This document shows positions 9,019-18,716 of a DNA stretch of 59,045 nt, piece after piece. Location of the stretch: contig JBKDZN010000249.1 of the NCBI GenBank assembly GCA_047971245.1, positions 1 through 59,045 of the forward strand, given 5' to 3'. The position numbers and the translations under genes are program-made. The notes under the pieces were generated by a model, which worked only from the letters and a program-made list of their open reading frames with translations, was not told where the DNA came from and did not search any database. Numbering within the stretch: the stretch's first letter is position 1; each line of letters opens with the position of its first letter. The DNA comes from Acidimicrobiales bacterium. Its GTDB lineage: Bacteria > Actinomycetota > Acidimicrobiia > Acidimicrobiales > SZUA-35.

Positions 9019-11388
9019 ATGCAGAACTTCAATGATCGGACCAGAGTTCCCGCGATCCTGGCCATCGGCGGTGCCGCGGTAGCCGTTGTCCTGATCGTGT
9101 TCCTGGGCTTCCGGTTCCTCAGCGGCGACGACACCGACGAGGTGGCGCCGCCGACGACGGCGACCCCGTCATCGGCGGCCGGGCCGCCTCCCTCGTACGA
9201 TCTGGACGTGCCGGTCGGCGTCGAGGACGTCTCCGCCGATTACGCCTGGGGGCCGTTGCCCACCGGGGCCGGCGGGTTCGTCACGGGACTGGTCAGCCAT
9301 CCGACGGTGCCCGGCCTGGCCTACGCCCGCACCGATGTGGCCGGCGCCTACCGCTGGGATCCCGCAGCCGAGCAGTGGATCCAGATGATCGACGCCGCAG
9401 GCGTGCCCGACCCCGTGCCGGGTGATTACCGGGTGGAGGGTATCGCCGTGACCGCCGCGGCCCCGGACCGGGTCTACCTGGCCGCGGGCGACCAGCTGTC
9501 GGATCCCGTCGGCCGAGTCCTGCGAAGCGATGATCGCGGCAAGACCTGGGTCGACGGCGGCCAGCGCTGGGTGCTGGACGGCAACGCGGAATGGCGTACC
9601 GGCGGTGGCCGGGTCGCCGCCGATCCGGTCAACGCCGATGTGGTCTACCTCGGGACCCGGAGTGAGGGTCTCTGGCAGAGCACCGACGGGGCCACCACCT
9701 GGACCCGGCTCGACGGGGTGCCGGCAGGACCCACCGATGACGACCAGATGCCCGGGATCCCCTTCGTGCTGGTCGACCCGACCGCTGACGAGGTCGGTGG
9801 CCGGTCCGGGGTCGTCTACGCCGGGGTGGCCCGCGACGGGGTGTACGCCAGCACCGACGGGGGCCAGACCTGGACCCAGCTCTGGTCGACCGAGGCGATC
9901 CCCTACGACGCCGAGGTGGACGACGGGGGCCGGCTGGTGGTGACCGAACGGGAGCCGGGCCGGGTGATGCGGTACGACCCGGCCTCCGGTCAGGCGGCGG
10001 CCGACATCAGTCCGACCGACGGTCGGGAGTTCTCCTCGGTCGGGATCGACCCCCACAACCCGGGGGTGGTCGTGATCGGTGAGGAAGGGGTCACCTCGGG
10101 CGCCCTGTGGCGCTCCGAAGACGGCGGCGATTCCTGGACCGACCTGGAGGTCAGCGCCTCGTGCCCCCAGATCCCCTGGCTGGATGCGTATCACCGCGAC
10201 GCCACCCAGTGGTTGAGTGCCGCCAGCTTCGAGTTCGATCGGACCGAGGCCGGGCTGCTCTGGTTCCCCGAGGGCTTCGGGGTCTGGCAGACGACGAGCA
10301 TCGATCAGCCGGCCGTCGAGCTGGATTGCGCCACCCTGGGCATCGAGAACATGGTCGCCAACGACATCGTGGTGCCGCCCAACGGGATCCCGGTGTCGGC
10401 CCGGTGGGATCGGGGGGTGTTCCAGCACCCCGACGAGACCGTGGCCTCGGCCGTGCACGGTCCGACCAGCCGGTTCAACTCGGCCTGGGATCTCGACTCG
10501 ACCCCGGCCGACCCGAACTTCGTGGTCGCCGTGGTGGCCGACCACCGGTTCTGCTGCGAAGACGACGGGGCCGCCTACTGGAGCTCGTGGTCGGACGACG
10601 GGGGCGCCACCTGGAACCGGTTCGGCTCCTACGAGAACGGGTCCCATCCCGACGATCTGCGCTTCGGCGACATCGCCGTGGCCTCCGACGACGCCGACAA
10701 CATCGTCTGGTTGCCCTCGTTCAACAAGGCCCCGTACGTCACCCGGGACCGTGGCGAGTCGTGGACCGAGATCAACCTGCCGGGCACCGAGGACATGATC
10801 GGCGAGGACGGCACGTTCAACGGCGGGTCGCACTTCCGCCACTATCTCAACCGCAAGGTCCTGGTGGCCGACCCGGTGGCGCCGGGCACGTTCTACCTCT
10901 TCCACGCCGAGCTGGGCATGTTCCGCAGCACTGACGGGGGCGAGAACTGGGAGGCGCTCGGGCCGGGAGGGCTGACCGTGGGCTGGCCCTACGGTTGGTT
11001 CAACGCCCAGATGATCGCGGTGCCCGGTGCGGAGGGCCACCTGCTGCTCAGCCTCGGCGAGCTCGACGAGGCCCGCTTCCCCCTGTTCGAGAGCACCGAC
11101 GGCGGGGTGTCCTGGAACCCGGTGGCCGGTGTGTCCGACGTCCGGGCGCTCGGCACCGGCGCGGGCGAGGCCGACGGTGATCCGGCGGTCATCTACTTCG
11201 CGGGAACCGTCGAGGAGGTCAAGGGCGTCTACCGCACCACCGACAACTTCGGCTCGATAGACCTCGTGGCCCACTACCCCGGTGGAAATTACCTGCCGAT
11301 CCAGGCCCTGACCGGGCATCCGGATGAGTTCGGCGTGGTGTACCTTGGCACGACTGGTACATCGTTCCAGGTGGGGCGATTGCGATGA
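9019..11388 (+). CDS. Membrane-anchored GH74-like (xyloglucanase-type) double beta-propeller with Asp-box repeats
   Basis: N-terminal TM helix, GAGGFVTGLVSHP..YARTDVAGAYRWD (GH74 N-terminal motif), many SxDGGxTW Asp-boxes. Confidence 0.8.
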   Translation: MQNFNDRTRVPAILAIGGAAVAVVLIVFLGFRFLSGDDTDEVAPPTTATPSSAAGPPPSYDLDVPVGVEDVSADYAWGPLPTGAGGFVTGLVSHPTVPGLAYARTDVAGAYRWDPAAEQWIQMIDAAGVPDPVPGDYRVEGIAVTAAAPDRVYLAAGDQLSDPVGRVLRSDDRGKTWVDGGQRWVLDGNAEWRTGGGRVAADPVNADVVYLGTRSEGLWQSTDGATTWTRLDGVPAGPTDDDQMPGIPFVLVDPTADEVGGRSGVVYAGVARDGVYASTDGGQTWTQLWSTEAIPYDAEVDDGGRLVVTEREPGRVMRYDPASGQAAADISPTDGREFSSVGIDPHNPGVVVIGEEGVTSGALWRSEDGGDSWTDLEVSASCPQIPWLDAYHRDATQWLSAASFEFDRTEAGLLWFPEGFGVWQTTSIDQPAVELDCATLGIENMVANDIVVPPNGIPVSARWDRGVFQHPDETVASAVHGPTSRFNSAWDLDSTPADPNFVVAVVADHRFCCEDDGAAYWSSWSDDGGATWNRFGSYENGSHPDDLRFGDIAVASDDADNIVWLPSFNKAPYVTRDRGESWTEINLPGTEDMIGEDGTFNGGSHFRHYLNRKVLVADPVAPGTFYLFHAELGMFRSTDGGENWEALGPGGLTVGWPYGWFNAQMIAVPGAEGHLLLSLGELDEARFPLFESTDGGVSWNPVAGVSDVRALGTGAGEADGDPAVIYFAGTVEEVKGVYRTTDNFGSIDLVAHYPGGNYLPIQALTGHPDEFGVVYLGTTGTSFQVGRLR

Positions 11389-11475
11389 TCGGCCTGCCCG
11401 CTGTGCCGCACGCCGCCCAGTCTCCGCCGCAACCAGAAGCAGCAGCCCCCGGACTGCGAGGGAGGGGACCGGGTC

Positions 11476-12468
11476 ATGTCCACAGTCACCATTGTCACGC
11501 CCACATACCGGCGGCCGGATCTACTGGCCAACGCCATCGAATCGGCCTTGGCCCAGACGTATCGGGATTTCACCCTGTTCATCGGGGACAACTCGCCCGA
11601 CGACGCCTCCGAGCAGGTCGCCGCCCGCTACGACGATCCGCGGATCGTCTACCGGCGCAATGAGGTCAACCTGGGTTCCCAGGGCAACTGGCTGGCCCTG
11701 ATCCGTGACGCCACCACTCCGCTGGTGGCCACCCTGCACGATGACGACGCCTGGCACCCGGACTTCCTCGAGTCCCTGGTTCCGGTCATGGTCGACGACC
11801 CGACCATCGCCATGGCGTTCTCGGACTTCGACGTGGTCGACGGCAACGGCGAGCCCCTGGCCGAGCTGACCGATCAGCTCTCCCACCGGACCCACCGGGA
11901 CCGCTTTCCCGAGGGCCGTCACGAACCCAGTCTCGACGAGGCACTTCGCCTGGCCGCGGTGTGGAACACCCCGCAGCCCGAACTGGCCGCGGTGGTACGG
12001 CGCGATGAGGTGATGGCCACGGACTTCCCCGAGGACACCGCCTGGGCCTGCGACCTGTGGCTCACCTACAACATGCTGATCCGGGGCAGCGCCATCTGGT
12101 ACGTGCGCCGGCGCCTCGTCGACTACCGGTGGCACGGCGGTTCGCTCACCTCATCGTCGTCCTCGCTGGGCGAGGCCGAGGATCTGGTCTTCGCGCGGAT
12201 CATTGCCAACCATCCGACCGCCGGCCCGGTGCTCGACGAGCTGAAGGCGTACTGGGCCGAGTTGCGCTGGGGTCGGGCCGTCGAGGGCCTCGACACCGGC
12301 GCGGCCGGCCCGGAGATCCGCCGGCAGCTCACCGCCGCCTCCCCGGCCCTGCCCCCGATGCGTCGGGTGCTGGCTACGGTGGGGGGCTCGTCGTCGGCCG
12401 GTCTCGCCCTGTTCCGGGCGATTCGGTCGCTGGAATCGGTGGTCAGCCGACGGATGGCCCCGGCCTAG
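11476..12468 (+). CDS. Glycosyltransferase family 2
   Basis: VTIVTPTYRR, AIESALAQTY, DNSPDD, LHDDD; purine-rich RBS GAGGGAGGGG upstream. Confidence 0.92.
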   Translation: MSTVTIVTPTYRRPDLLANAIESALAQTYRDFTLFIGDNSPDDASEQVAARYDDPRIVYRRNEVNLGSQGNWLALIRDATTPLVATLHDDDAWHPDFLESLVPVMVDDPTIAMAFSDFDVVDGNGEPLAELTDQLSHRTHRDRFPEGRHEPSLDEALRLAAVWNTPQPELAAVVRRDEVMATDFPEDTAWACDLWLTYNMLIRGSAIWYVRRRLVDYRWHGGSLTSSSSSLGEAEDLVFARIIANHPTAGPVLDELKAYWAELRWGRAVEGLDTGAAGPEIRRQLTAASPALPPMRRVLATVGGSSSAGLALFRAIRSLESVVSRRMAPA

Positions 12469-12481
12469 AGGTGCGATCCAC

Positions 12482-13129
12482 ATGACCCGACAGACCACCT
12501 GGATCGGGAACCAGAACCCTCCCGGTCGTTCCCTGCTCGAGCTCTGGCGGGAGGACTTCGGGGCCCATGACCGTGAGTTCAGCCCCGGGTTCTGGGCCGT
12601 GGCCGTCCACCGGTTCGGCAACTGGCGGATGTCGATCGGGCCGAAACCGCTCCGGTTGCCCCTGAGCCTGCTGTATCGCTTCCTCAACGCCCGAATCCGG
12701 AACACCTACGGCATCCAGCTCGACTACTCCACCGAGCTCGGTCGTCGGGTGGTGATCGATCATCAGAACGGGATCGTGATCAGCGGGTTCTGCCGCATCG
12801 GTGACGACTGCCGCTTGCGGCAGAACGTCACCATGGGCATCCGCTCGGTCGGCGACGCCGCCACCGGCGGGGCCCCCGTGCTGGGCCGGGGGGTCGACGT
12901 CGGGGCCGGCGCCGTCATCCTCGGCCCGATCACCGTCGGCGACGGGGCCGTGGTGGGGGCCAACGCGGTGGTGCTCCGCGACGTGCCGCCCGGCTCGTTG
13001 GCGGTCGGGGTGCCGGCCCGGATCGTCGGGCGGGACGCCCCCGGGCCGGAGACGCCGGCGGGATCAGTGGTGGCGAACGGTGACGCCGAAGGCGCCGGCC
13101 ATCAGGCCGGCCCCGAGCATCACCCGTGA
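12482..13129 (+). CDS. Serine-acetyltransferase-like hexapeptide O-acetyltransferase (WcaB/CysE-like)
   Basis: IDHQNGIVI, IGDDCRLRQNVTMG, VGAGAVILGPITVGDGAVVGANAVV, VGVPAR hexapeptide repeats; glycan-cluster context. Confidence 0.88.
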   Translation: MTRQTTWIGNQNPPGRSLLELWREDFGAHDREFSPGFWAVAVHRFGNWRMSIGPKPLRLPLSLLYRFLNARIRNTYGIQLDYSTELGRRVVIDHQNGIVISGFCRIGDDCRLRQNVTMGIRSVGDAATGGAPVLGRGVDVGAGAVILGPITVGDGAVVGANAVVLRDVPPGSLAVGVPARIVGRDAPGPETPAGSVVANGDAEGAGHQAGPEHHP

Positions 13130-14041
13130 GGCGCTGAACCGGAGTTGGGGGGCGCCCCGGTCGGCGAGTTGCCGGACGGGGTGGGCCAGGCCGTCCGCGG
13201 TCCGTTTGGCCCCCCGCAACAGGACCCGGCCCCGCCCGGCCTCACCGTTGCGGAGGGTGGTCACCGCCATCGAGTTGCCGAGCCACAACGACTTGCGGAT
13301 CTGGTAGCGCAGGGTCAGCCGGTCCGGGGCGACCGGATCGTCGATCTTGGCCCTCGGGGTGAAGAACGCCTGCATCCCCGCCCGGTGGAGGGCACCGAAG
13401 AACACCATGTCCTCACCACCCAGGGTGCCCAGGGCGGGATCGAACCGGATCCCGGGGTGGTCACGCAGCAGGTCGGTGCGCACCATCGAGTTGTTGGTGG
13501 CACACCGGTCGGTCGGTCGGTCCTCGTCGGAGGAGACCAGCACGTTGTCGACCTCGAAGGGCTCGTCGACCAGCCAGCTCGGTGCCCCGTTGGGGTAGGC
13601 GGGCAGGAGGGGGCCGGTGACGGCATCGGCGTCGTGCCGCATCTGGCAGGCCACCAGCTCGACCAGCCAGTCGGGGTGGACCACGCAGTCGTCGTCGGTC
13701 ATGGCCACCCAGTCGGCGAGGTCCATGGCCGCGTCGAGCCCGAGGTTCCGGGCCGTCGAGATGTTGCGGGCCCCGGAGTACCGGTAGTCGAGGCCGAGGG
13801 GGAACTCCCGGGTGGACTCGTCGACCACGGCCTTGGCCCGTCCGTCGGGATTGTCGTCGATGACGATCACCCCGACCTCGGTGGTCGGGCCCACCCGTTG
13901 GGCCGCCACGGCCAGAGAGTCGAGCAGGGTGTTCAGTTCGCGGTTGCGCCGGTAGGTGCACACGTACACGCCGATGGACGCCGGTACCACCGCCGTCGGG
14001 GTACCGCGTCGTTGCTGTCGGGAGGTCGCTCCGTCGATCAC
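13064..14041 (-). CDS. Glycosyltransferase family 2 (ExoM-like)
   Basis: VCTYRR, VIDDNPD, NISTARN, MTDDD, TNN, GGED. Start placed at GTG 14041 after a GAGGA RBS. Confidence 0.88.
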   Translation of the reverse strand: MIDGATSRQQRRGTPTAVVPASIGVYVCTYRRNRELNTLLDSLAVAAQRVGPTTEVGVIVIDDNPDGRAKAVVDESTREFPLGLDYRYSGARNISTARNLGLDAAMDLADWVAMTDDDCVVHPDWLVELVACQMRHDADAVTGPLLPAYPNGAPSWLVDEPFEVDNVLVSSDEDRPTDRCATNNSMVRTDLLRDHPGIRFDPALGTLGGEDMVFFGALHRAGMQAFFTPRAKIDDPVAPDRLTLRYQIRKSLWLGNSMAVTTLRNGEAGRGRVLLRGAKRTADGLAHPVRQLADRGAPQLRFSASRVMLGAGLMAGAFGVTVRHH

Positions 14042-14504
14042 GCTTGTTCCTCGCTCATGTCGGCCGGCACGTCGCCCTGAAGTGCCGGGAGCGGACCCGC
14101 GCCAACGTACACCACGCCATGGGGTCCGGTTGGGCCACATGGTGGGAACCCGGTTGGGCCACATCGCGACCCGACCGGGCGGTGCCGTTCGGCGACCCCA
14201 CGGGCCACGATGCAAAGGCCCGACCGGGCCGTGCGTGCTGGTGTTGTCGACGTACGGGAACCTGCCCGTCACTCTAGTTCGCAGATCGTGTCGTTCTGTG
14301 GTCGGGCCCCCGGCCGGTTGCGGAGTATACGCTGAGGCTCGCAAACTATATATTGAGGCGATCGTCGGCATCGACGACAACTGTTTGAGAACGGCCCGAC
14401 TGGTGCCGATGGTCACGAATTGGGTGGACCTGCTCCCCGCCAGGGGGGATCGGGACACCCCCTCCCAGCAGCCCACCAGGGCATCCGTCCTAGACTGGGG
14501 TCCG

Positions 14505-17500
14505 ATGATGTGTACCTCTTGTGGGAGAGCGATCCCTCAGGATTCCCGCTTCTGCCCCCACTGTGGTGCTTCGCAGGTGAACTCGACCGAGGAGCGCCGC
14601 GTCGTCACGGTCGTGTTCGCCGACGTGGTCGGATTCACCGGGATGGCCGAACGGCTCGATCCCGAAGAGGTCAAGCACGTCATCGACCGGGCGGTGGAAC
14701 GGTTGGCCCGGGAGATCCTGGCCTTCGGCGGGGTGGTCGACAAGGTGATGGGCGACGGCGTCATCGCCCTGTTCGGGGCCCCGATCGCCCACGAGGACGA
14801 CGCCGAGCGGGCGGTCCGGGCCGCCCTGCGCATGCACGAGGCCGTTGCCTCGCTCCAGGCCCTGCCGTCGCCCCTGCGGTTGCGTATCGGGGTGAACACC
14901 GGGGAGGTGCTGGTCGGATCCACCACCGCCGGCGGCGACTACACGGCCATGGGCGACGTGATGAACCTGGCCCATCGCCTCCAGGAACTGGCCGAACCGA
15001 GTCAGACCCTGGTCGGGAGCGACACCCGTGACGCCACCGGGGACGCCATTGCCTACTCCCGGGTCGGGGTGCTTCCCGCCCGGGGCCGGGAAGCCCCGAT
15101 CGAGGCGTGGCTCGCCCTGGCCGCGGTGCGGCCCCCAGGCCTCCACCGGGGCGGCGACGACGTCTTCGTCGGCCGGCATCACGAGCTCGCCCTGCTCGAA
15201 GCCCAGGCCCGCCTGGCCATCGAGGGGCGCCGGGCCCAGTCGACCCTGGTACTCGGGGAGGCCGGTATCGGCAAGACCCGCCTGGTCGGTCAGGCCGCCG
15301 GGCGCCTGGTCAGCCAGTTCGGTGCCCGGGTGCTGGAGGGCCGCTGCCTCCCCTACGGCGAGGCCAATGTCTGGTGGCCGGTGGCCGAGATCCTGCGCGG
15401 CCTGTTCGGTCTGGCGGTCGACGCCGGCTACGACGACGCCCTGGCCTGCCTGGACGGTCGCCTCGCCACCCTGCTCGGCGAGGACGAGACCGTCGACCGG
15501 GTCCGCACCACTACCGCCCTGCTCCACACCCTGGGCTACGACACCGTGCTGCGGGGTGGTGACCGCACCCGCAACCGGTCCGAGGTGATGCTGGCGGTGG
15601 TCACCGTGCTGGAGGCCGAGGTCGGCCAGCGGCCCGTGGTGCTCATGATCTCCGACATGCACTGGGCCCACGACGCGGTCTGGGTGCTGATCGAACATGT
15701 CCTCAACGAGCTGGTCCGCACCCGCCTGTTCGTGTTGATGACGGCCCGCCCGTCGGACGATCTGACCCCGCCGGCCGGCCGTCACGGGCTCTCGGTGGTG
15801 CAGCTCGGCCCGCTCGACGACGCGTCGGCCATCGAGCTGCTCAAGCACCGGGGGATCGACCTGCCGGAGTCGAGCGAGATCGAACTGGTCGACCGCAGCG
15901 GCGGGAACCCGTTCTTCCTGGAGGAGCTGGCCGACCTGGTCAACGCCGAGGGAACCCCCTATCCGGCCGGCGGATCCGATTTCGACGTGACCCCGCCGGC
16001 GGCCTTGCCGGCCACCCTGCGGGGCATCATCTCGGCCCGCCTCGACGCCCTCGATCTCGGTCAGCGGGCCCTGATCGAGGACGCGTCGGTCCTGGGACGG
16101 ACCGGATCCCTGGCCGGGCTGGCCATCGTGGCCGCCAGCAGCCGCGGGGTCACCGACATCACCGCCGACCTGGCCGGCCTGGCCGACCGGGAGCTCTTGG
16201 AGGTGACCGGTCAGCGGTTCCGGTTCCGCTCCAACCTGGTTCGGGATGTGGCCTACGGCCGTCTCACCAAGACGGTGCGGGCCCAGCGCCACCAGCAGAT
16301 CGCCGCCTACCTCGAGGGCCAGCAGGGCGAGGAGGTGCGCAACTCGACCGTGGTGGCCATCGCCGCCCACTACCGGGCCGCGGCCCAGCTGGCCAGCGAG
16401 CTGTCCGACGTGCCGGGCCTGGACTACCGGGAGGTGGTGGAGCGAGCCCTGTACTGGCTCGGCCAGGCGGGCGAGCGGGCCCTCGACGTCGGCGCCCCCA
16501 CCGAGGCGACCCGGTGGTACGACTTCGGGGTCGAGCTGGCCGACGAGGCCACCATCGCCCCGTTCCTGTTCGGCCGGGCCCGGGCCCGGGCCGAGGTGCA
16601 CGACATCCACGGGGCCCGGGCCGATCTCGACCGTCTCGACGGGCTGCGCGAGCTCGATCCCAAGCTAGCGGCCCGCTCCCTGCTCACCCGGGGCGAGGTG
16701 AACCGCAAGGCCGGGGTGCTCGATCAGGCCGCCGTCGAACTGCGGGAGGCGGCCGACCGGCTGGCCACCCTGGGCGACGCCGAGCAGCAAGCCCTGGCCC
16801 TGCGCCTGCTGGGCATGACGGAGATGGTCCGTTCCGACGCCGCCCTGGCCCGCAAGGCGCTGGAGGCGTCACGGGCCGTGGCCGTGGCCGCCGGGAACCG
16901 TCGGGCCGAGGCATGGGCCCTGCAGAGCCTGGCCTGGCACGCCTACCGGCTCGGCCAGATGTTCGAGGCCAGTACCCAGGTGGCCGAGGCCATCGAGATC
17001 TTCACCGAACTCGATGACCGGGGCGGCCTGCTGTGGGCCCAGAGCGTTCAGGCCTGGGTGGCCTTCCATTCGGGCGACTGGGTCCACGCCCGACTCCTGC
17101 TCGACACGATCCTCCCGGAGACGAAACGCCGGGGTGACCCGTGGGCCGAGGCCCTCACCCTGAACCTGGAGGCCTCGATCCGGCTCTGGTCGGGTCAGGC
17201 CGCCCTGGCCGGCGAGGCGGCCCGCGACGCCCGCCATGTGGCCGATGGGGTCGAGCACGTCAACCTGGCCGTCCAGGCCACCGCCCTGCACGGGCGGGCG
17301 ATGTTGTCGCTGGGGCGGATCGAGGAGGGGTTCGGGCTCCTGGAGGAGGCGTTCTGGCTGGCCGACCAGGCCGACGACCGGGAAGGCCGCCGGATCGCCG
17401 TGGTGGCCAACTGTGCGGCCGCCAGCCGTATGGGTGAGGCCAAACGGGCCCTGCGCTGGGCGGCCCGGTTCGACGGCCTCGACGATGACGGCGACGTCGG

Positions 17501-17990
17501 CCGGTTCGACCTGGTGGTCTCACTGGCCGCCGCCTCACTCCAGCAGGGTGAGGTGGCCACCGCCCTGGCCCAGCTCGACAGCATCGCGGAAGGGATTCCG
17601 CTGCGCTCCGGGGCCTACGCCTCGGCGGTCGGCGCCATCGCCCAGGCCGCCGCGGGCGACCTCGTCTACTCCGAGGCCCTCACCGTGGAGGTGCTCTCCG
17701 GGCGTGGCACCTACCTCGACCGGGTCTTCGCCCTGGCCGCCCGGGCCGCCTGCCGCTATCAGCAGGGAGACGATCACGGCTGCGTCCAGGCCCTGTGGGC
17801 GGCCAAGGCGGTCCTGGAACCCACCGACGACCAGCCCAGCCGCTACCTGATCGACCTGGTGGCGGGCCTGTGCGGCCAGGGCCAGCTGCCCGAGGCGGAG
17901 CGCCGTATGCGGGCCGCCGGCCTGGAATCGGCCGGCTGGTTGACCGCGTTCGACCTGGCCGCCCACCGCCCGGTCGGTCCGGTGGGCTGA
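14505..17990 (+). CDS. Zinc-ribbon + class III adenylate/guanylate cyclase + AAA (STAND) ATPase + TPR protein
   Basis: CTSCG..FCPHCG ribbon; FADVVGFT, DKVMGDG, RIGVNTGEV and GDVMNLAHRLQ cyclase motifs; GEAGIGKT P-loop; GGNPFFLEEL; helical repeat C-terminus. Confidence 0.92.
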   Translation: MMCTSCGRAIPQDSRFCPHCGASQVNSTEERRVVTVVFADVVGFTGMAERLDPEEVKHVIDRAVERLAREILAFGGVVDKVMGDGVIALFGAPIAHEDDAERAVRAALRMHEAVASLQALPSPLRLRIGVNTGEVLVGSTTAGGDYTAMGDVMNLAHRLQELAEPSQTLVGSDTRDATGDAIAYSRVGVLPARGREAPIEAWLALAAVRPPGLHRGGDDVFVGRHHELALLEAQARLAIEGRRAQSTLVLGEAGIGKTRLVGQAAGRLVSQFGARVLEGRCLPYGEANVWWPVAEILRGLFGLAVDAGYDDALACLDGRLATLLGEDETVDRVRTTTALLHTLGYDTVLRGGDRTRNRSEVMLAVVTVLEAEVGQRPVVLMISDMHWAHDAVWVLIEHVLNELVRTRLFVLMTARPSDDLTPPAGRHGLSVVQLGPLDDASAIELLKHRGIDLPESSEIELVDRSGGNPFFLEELADLVNAEGTPYPAGGSDFDVTPPAALPATLRGIISARLDALDLGQRALIEDASVLGRTGSLAGLAIVAASSRGVTDITADLAGLADRELLEVTGQRFRFRSNLVRDVAYGRLTKTVRAQRHQQIAAYLEGQQGEEVRNSTVVAIAAHYRAAAQLASELSDVPGLDYREVVERALYWLGQAGERALDVGAPTEATRWYDFGVELADEATIAPFLFGRARARAEVHDIHGARADLDRLDGLRELDPKLAARSLLTRGEVNRKAGVLDQAAVELREAADRLATLGDAEQQALALRLLGMTEMVRSDAALARKALEASRAVAVAAGNRRAEAWALQSLAWHAYRLGQMFEASTQVAEAIEIFTELDDRGGLLWAQSVQAWVAFHSGDWVHARLLLDTILPETKRRGDPWAEALTLNLEASIRLWSGQAALAGEAARDARHVADGVEHVNLAVQATALHGRAMLSLGRIEEGFGLLEEAFWLADQADDREGRRIAVVANCAAASRMGEAKRALRWAARFDGLDDDGDVGRFDLVVSLAAASLQQGEVATALAQLDSIAEGIPLRSGAYASAVGAIAQAAAGDLVYSEALTVEVLSGRGTYLDRVFALAARAACRYQQGDDHGCVQALWAAKAVLEPTDDQPSRYLIDLVAGLCGQGQLPEAERRMRAAGLESAGWLTAFDLAAHRPVGPVG

Positions 17991-18012
17991 CCGGCCGGCG
18001 GCCCGGCCCGGG

Positions 18013-18648
18013 TCAGCTCCCGGGCTGGGGCGTGACCCGCAGGTAGGGGGTCTTGGTCTCGAAACCAGCCGGGAACAGCTCCTTGGCCTCCTCGTCGGAG
18101 AGGGCGGGTGAGACGATCACGTCGTCACCCTGCTCCCAGTTGACCGGCGTGGCCACCTTGTAGCCGTCGGTGAGCTGGAGCGAGTCGATGACCCGGAGGA
18201 TCTCGTTGAAGTTCCGGCCGGTCGACGCCGGGTAGGTGAGGGTGAGGCGCACCTTGTCGGCCGGATCGATGACGAACACCGAGCGGACGGTCAGGGTGTC
18301 ATCGGCGTTGGGGTGGATCATGTCGTAGAGGTTGGCCACCGTGCGGTCCGGGTCGCCGATGATCGGGAAGTTGACCGCGGTGCCCTGGGTCTCGGCGATG
18401 TCGTCGCTCCAGCGCCGGTGATCGTCGACCGGGTCGACGCTGAGGGCCAGGACCTTGGTGTTGCGGGCCGCGAACTCGTCGGCCAGCTTCGCGGTGTAGC
18501 CGAGCTCGGTGGTGCAGACGGGGGTGAAGTCCTTGGGGTGGGAGAACAACACGGCCCAACGGTCGGCCTTCCAGTCGTGGAAGCTGATCTCGCCCTCGGT
18601 GGTGGGGGCGGTGAAGTCAGGGGCGGTGTCGCCCAGTCGGATCGCCAT
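18013..18648 (-). CDS. 1-Cys peroxiredoxin (Prx6/LsfA-type)
   Basis: LFSHPKDFTPVCTTE, TVRSVF, YPASTGRNF, ATPVNW; AGGAAAGG RBS before ATG 18648. Confidence 0.95.
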   Translation of the reverse strand: MAIRLGDTAPDFTAPTTEGEISFHDWKADRWAVLFSHPKDFTPVCTTELGYTAKLADEFAARNTKVLALSVDPVDDHRRWSDDIAETQGTAVNFPIIGDPDRTVANLYDMIHPNADDTLTVRSVFVIDPADKVRLTLTYPASTGRNFNEILRVIDSLQLTDGYKVATPVNWEQGDDVIVSPALSDEEAKELFPAGFETKTPYLRVTPQPGS

Positions 18649-18716
18649 GATCGGCCAGCCTTTCCTGTGGTGATCGGTGGTGTGGCAGGCCGCAGACGTT
18701 AGCCGCAGAGACCGAC

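Noticed and set aside
14282-14296. CAGATCGTGTCGTTC, a 14/15 match to the VNTR unit junction at 52.8 kb
   Set aside because: A single short match is plausible by chance given the many phases of the repeat; no further support.
13956-14504. 183-aa N-terminal extension of the cyclase, and the 145-aa extension of the opposite GT2
   Set aside because: Low-complexity translation of a divergent intergenic region; better starts exist at 14505 (after a -10 box) and 14041 (after an RBS).
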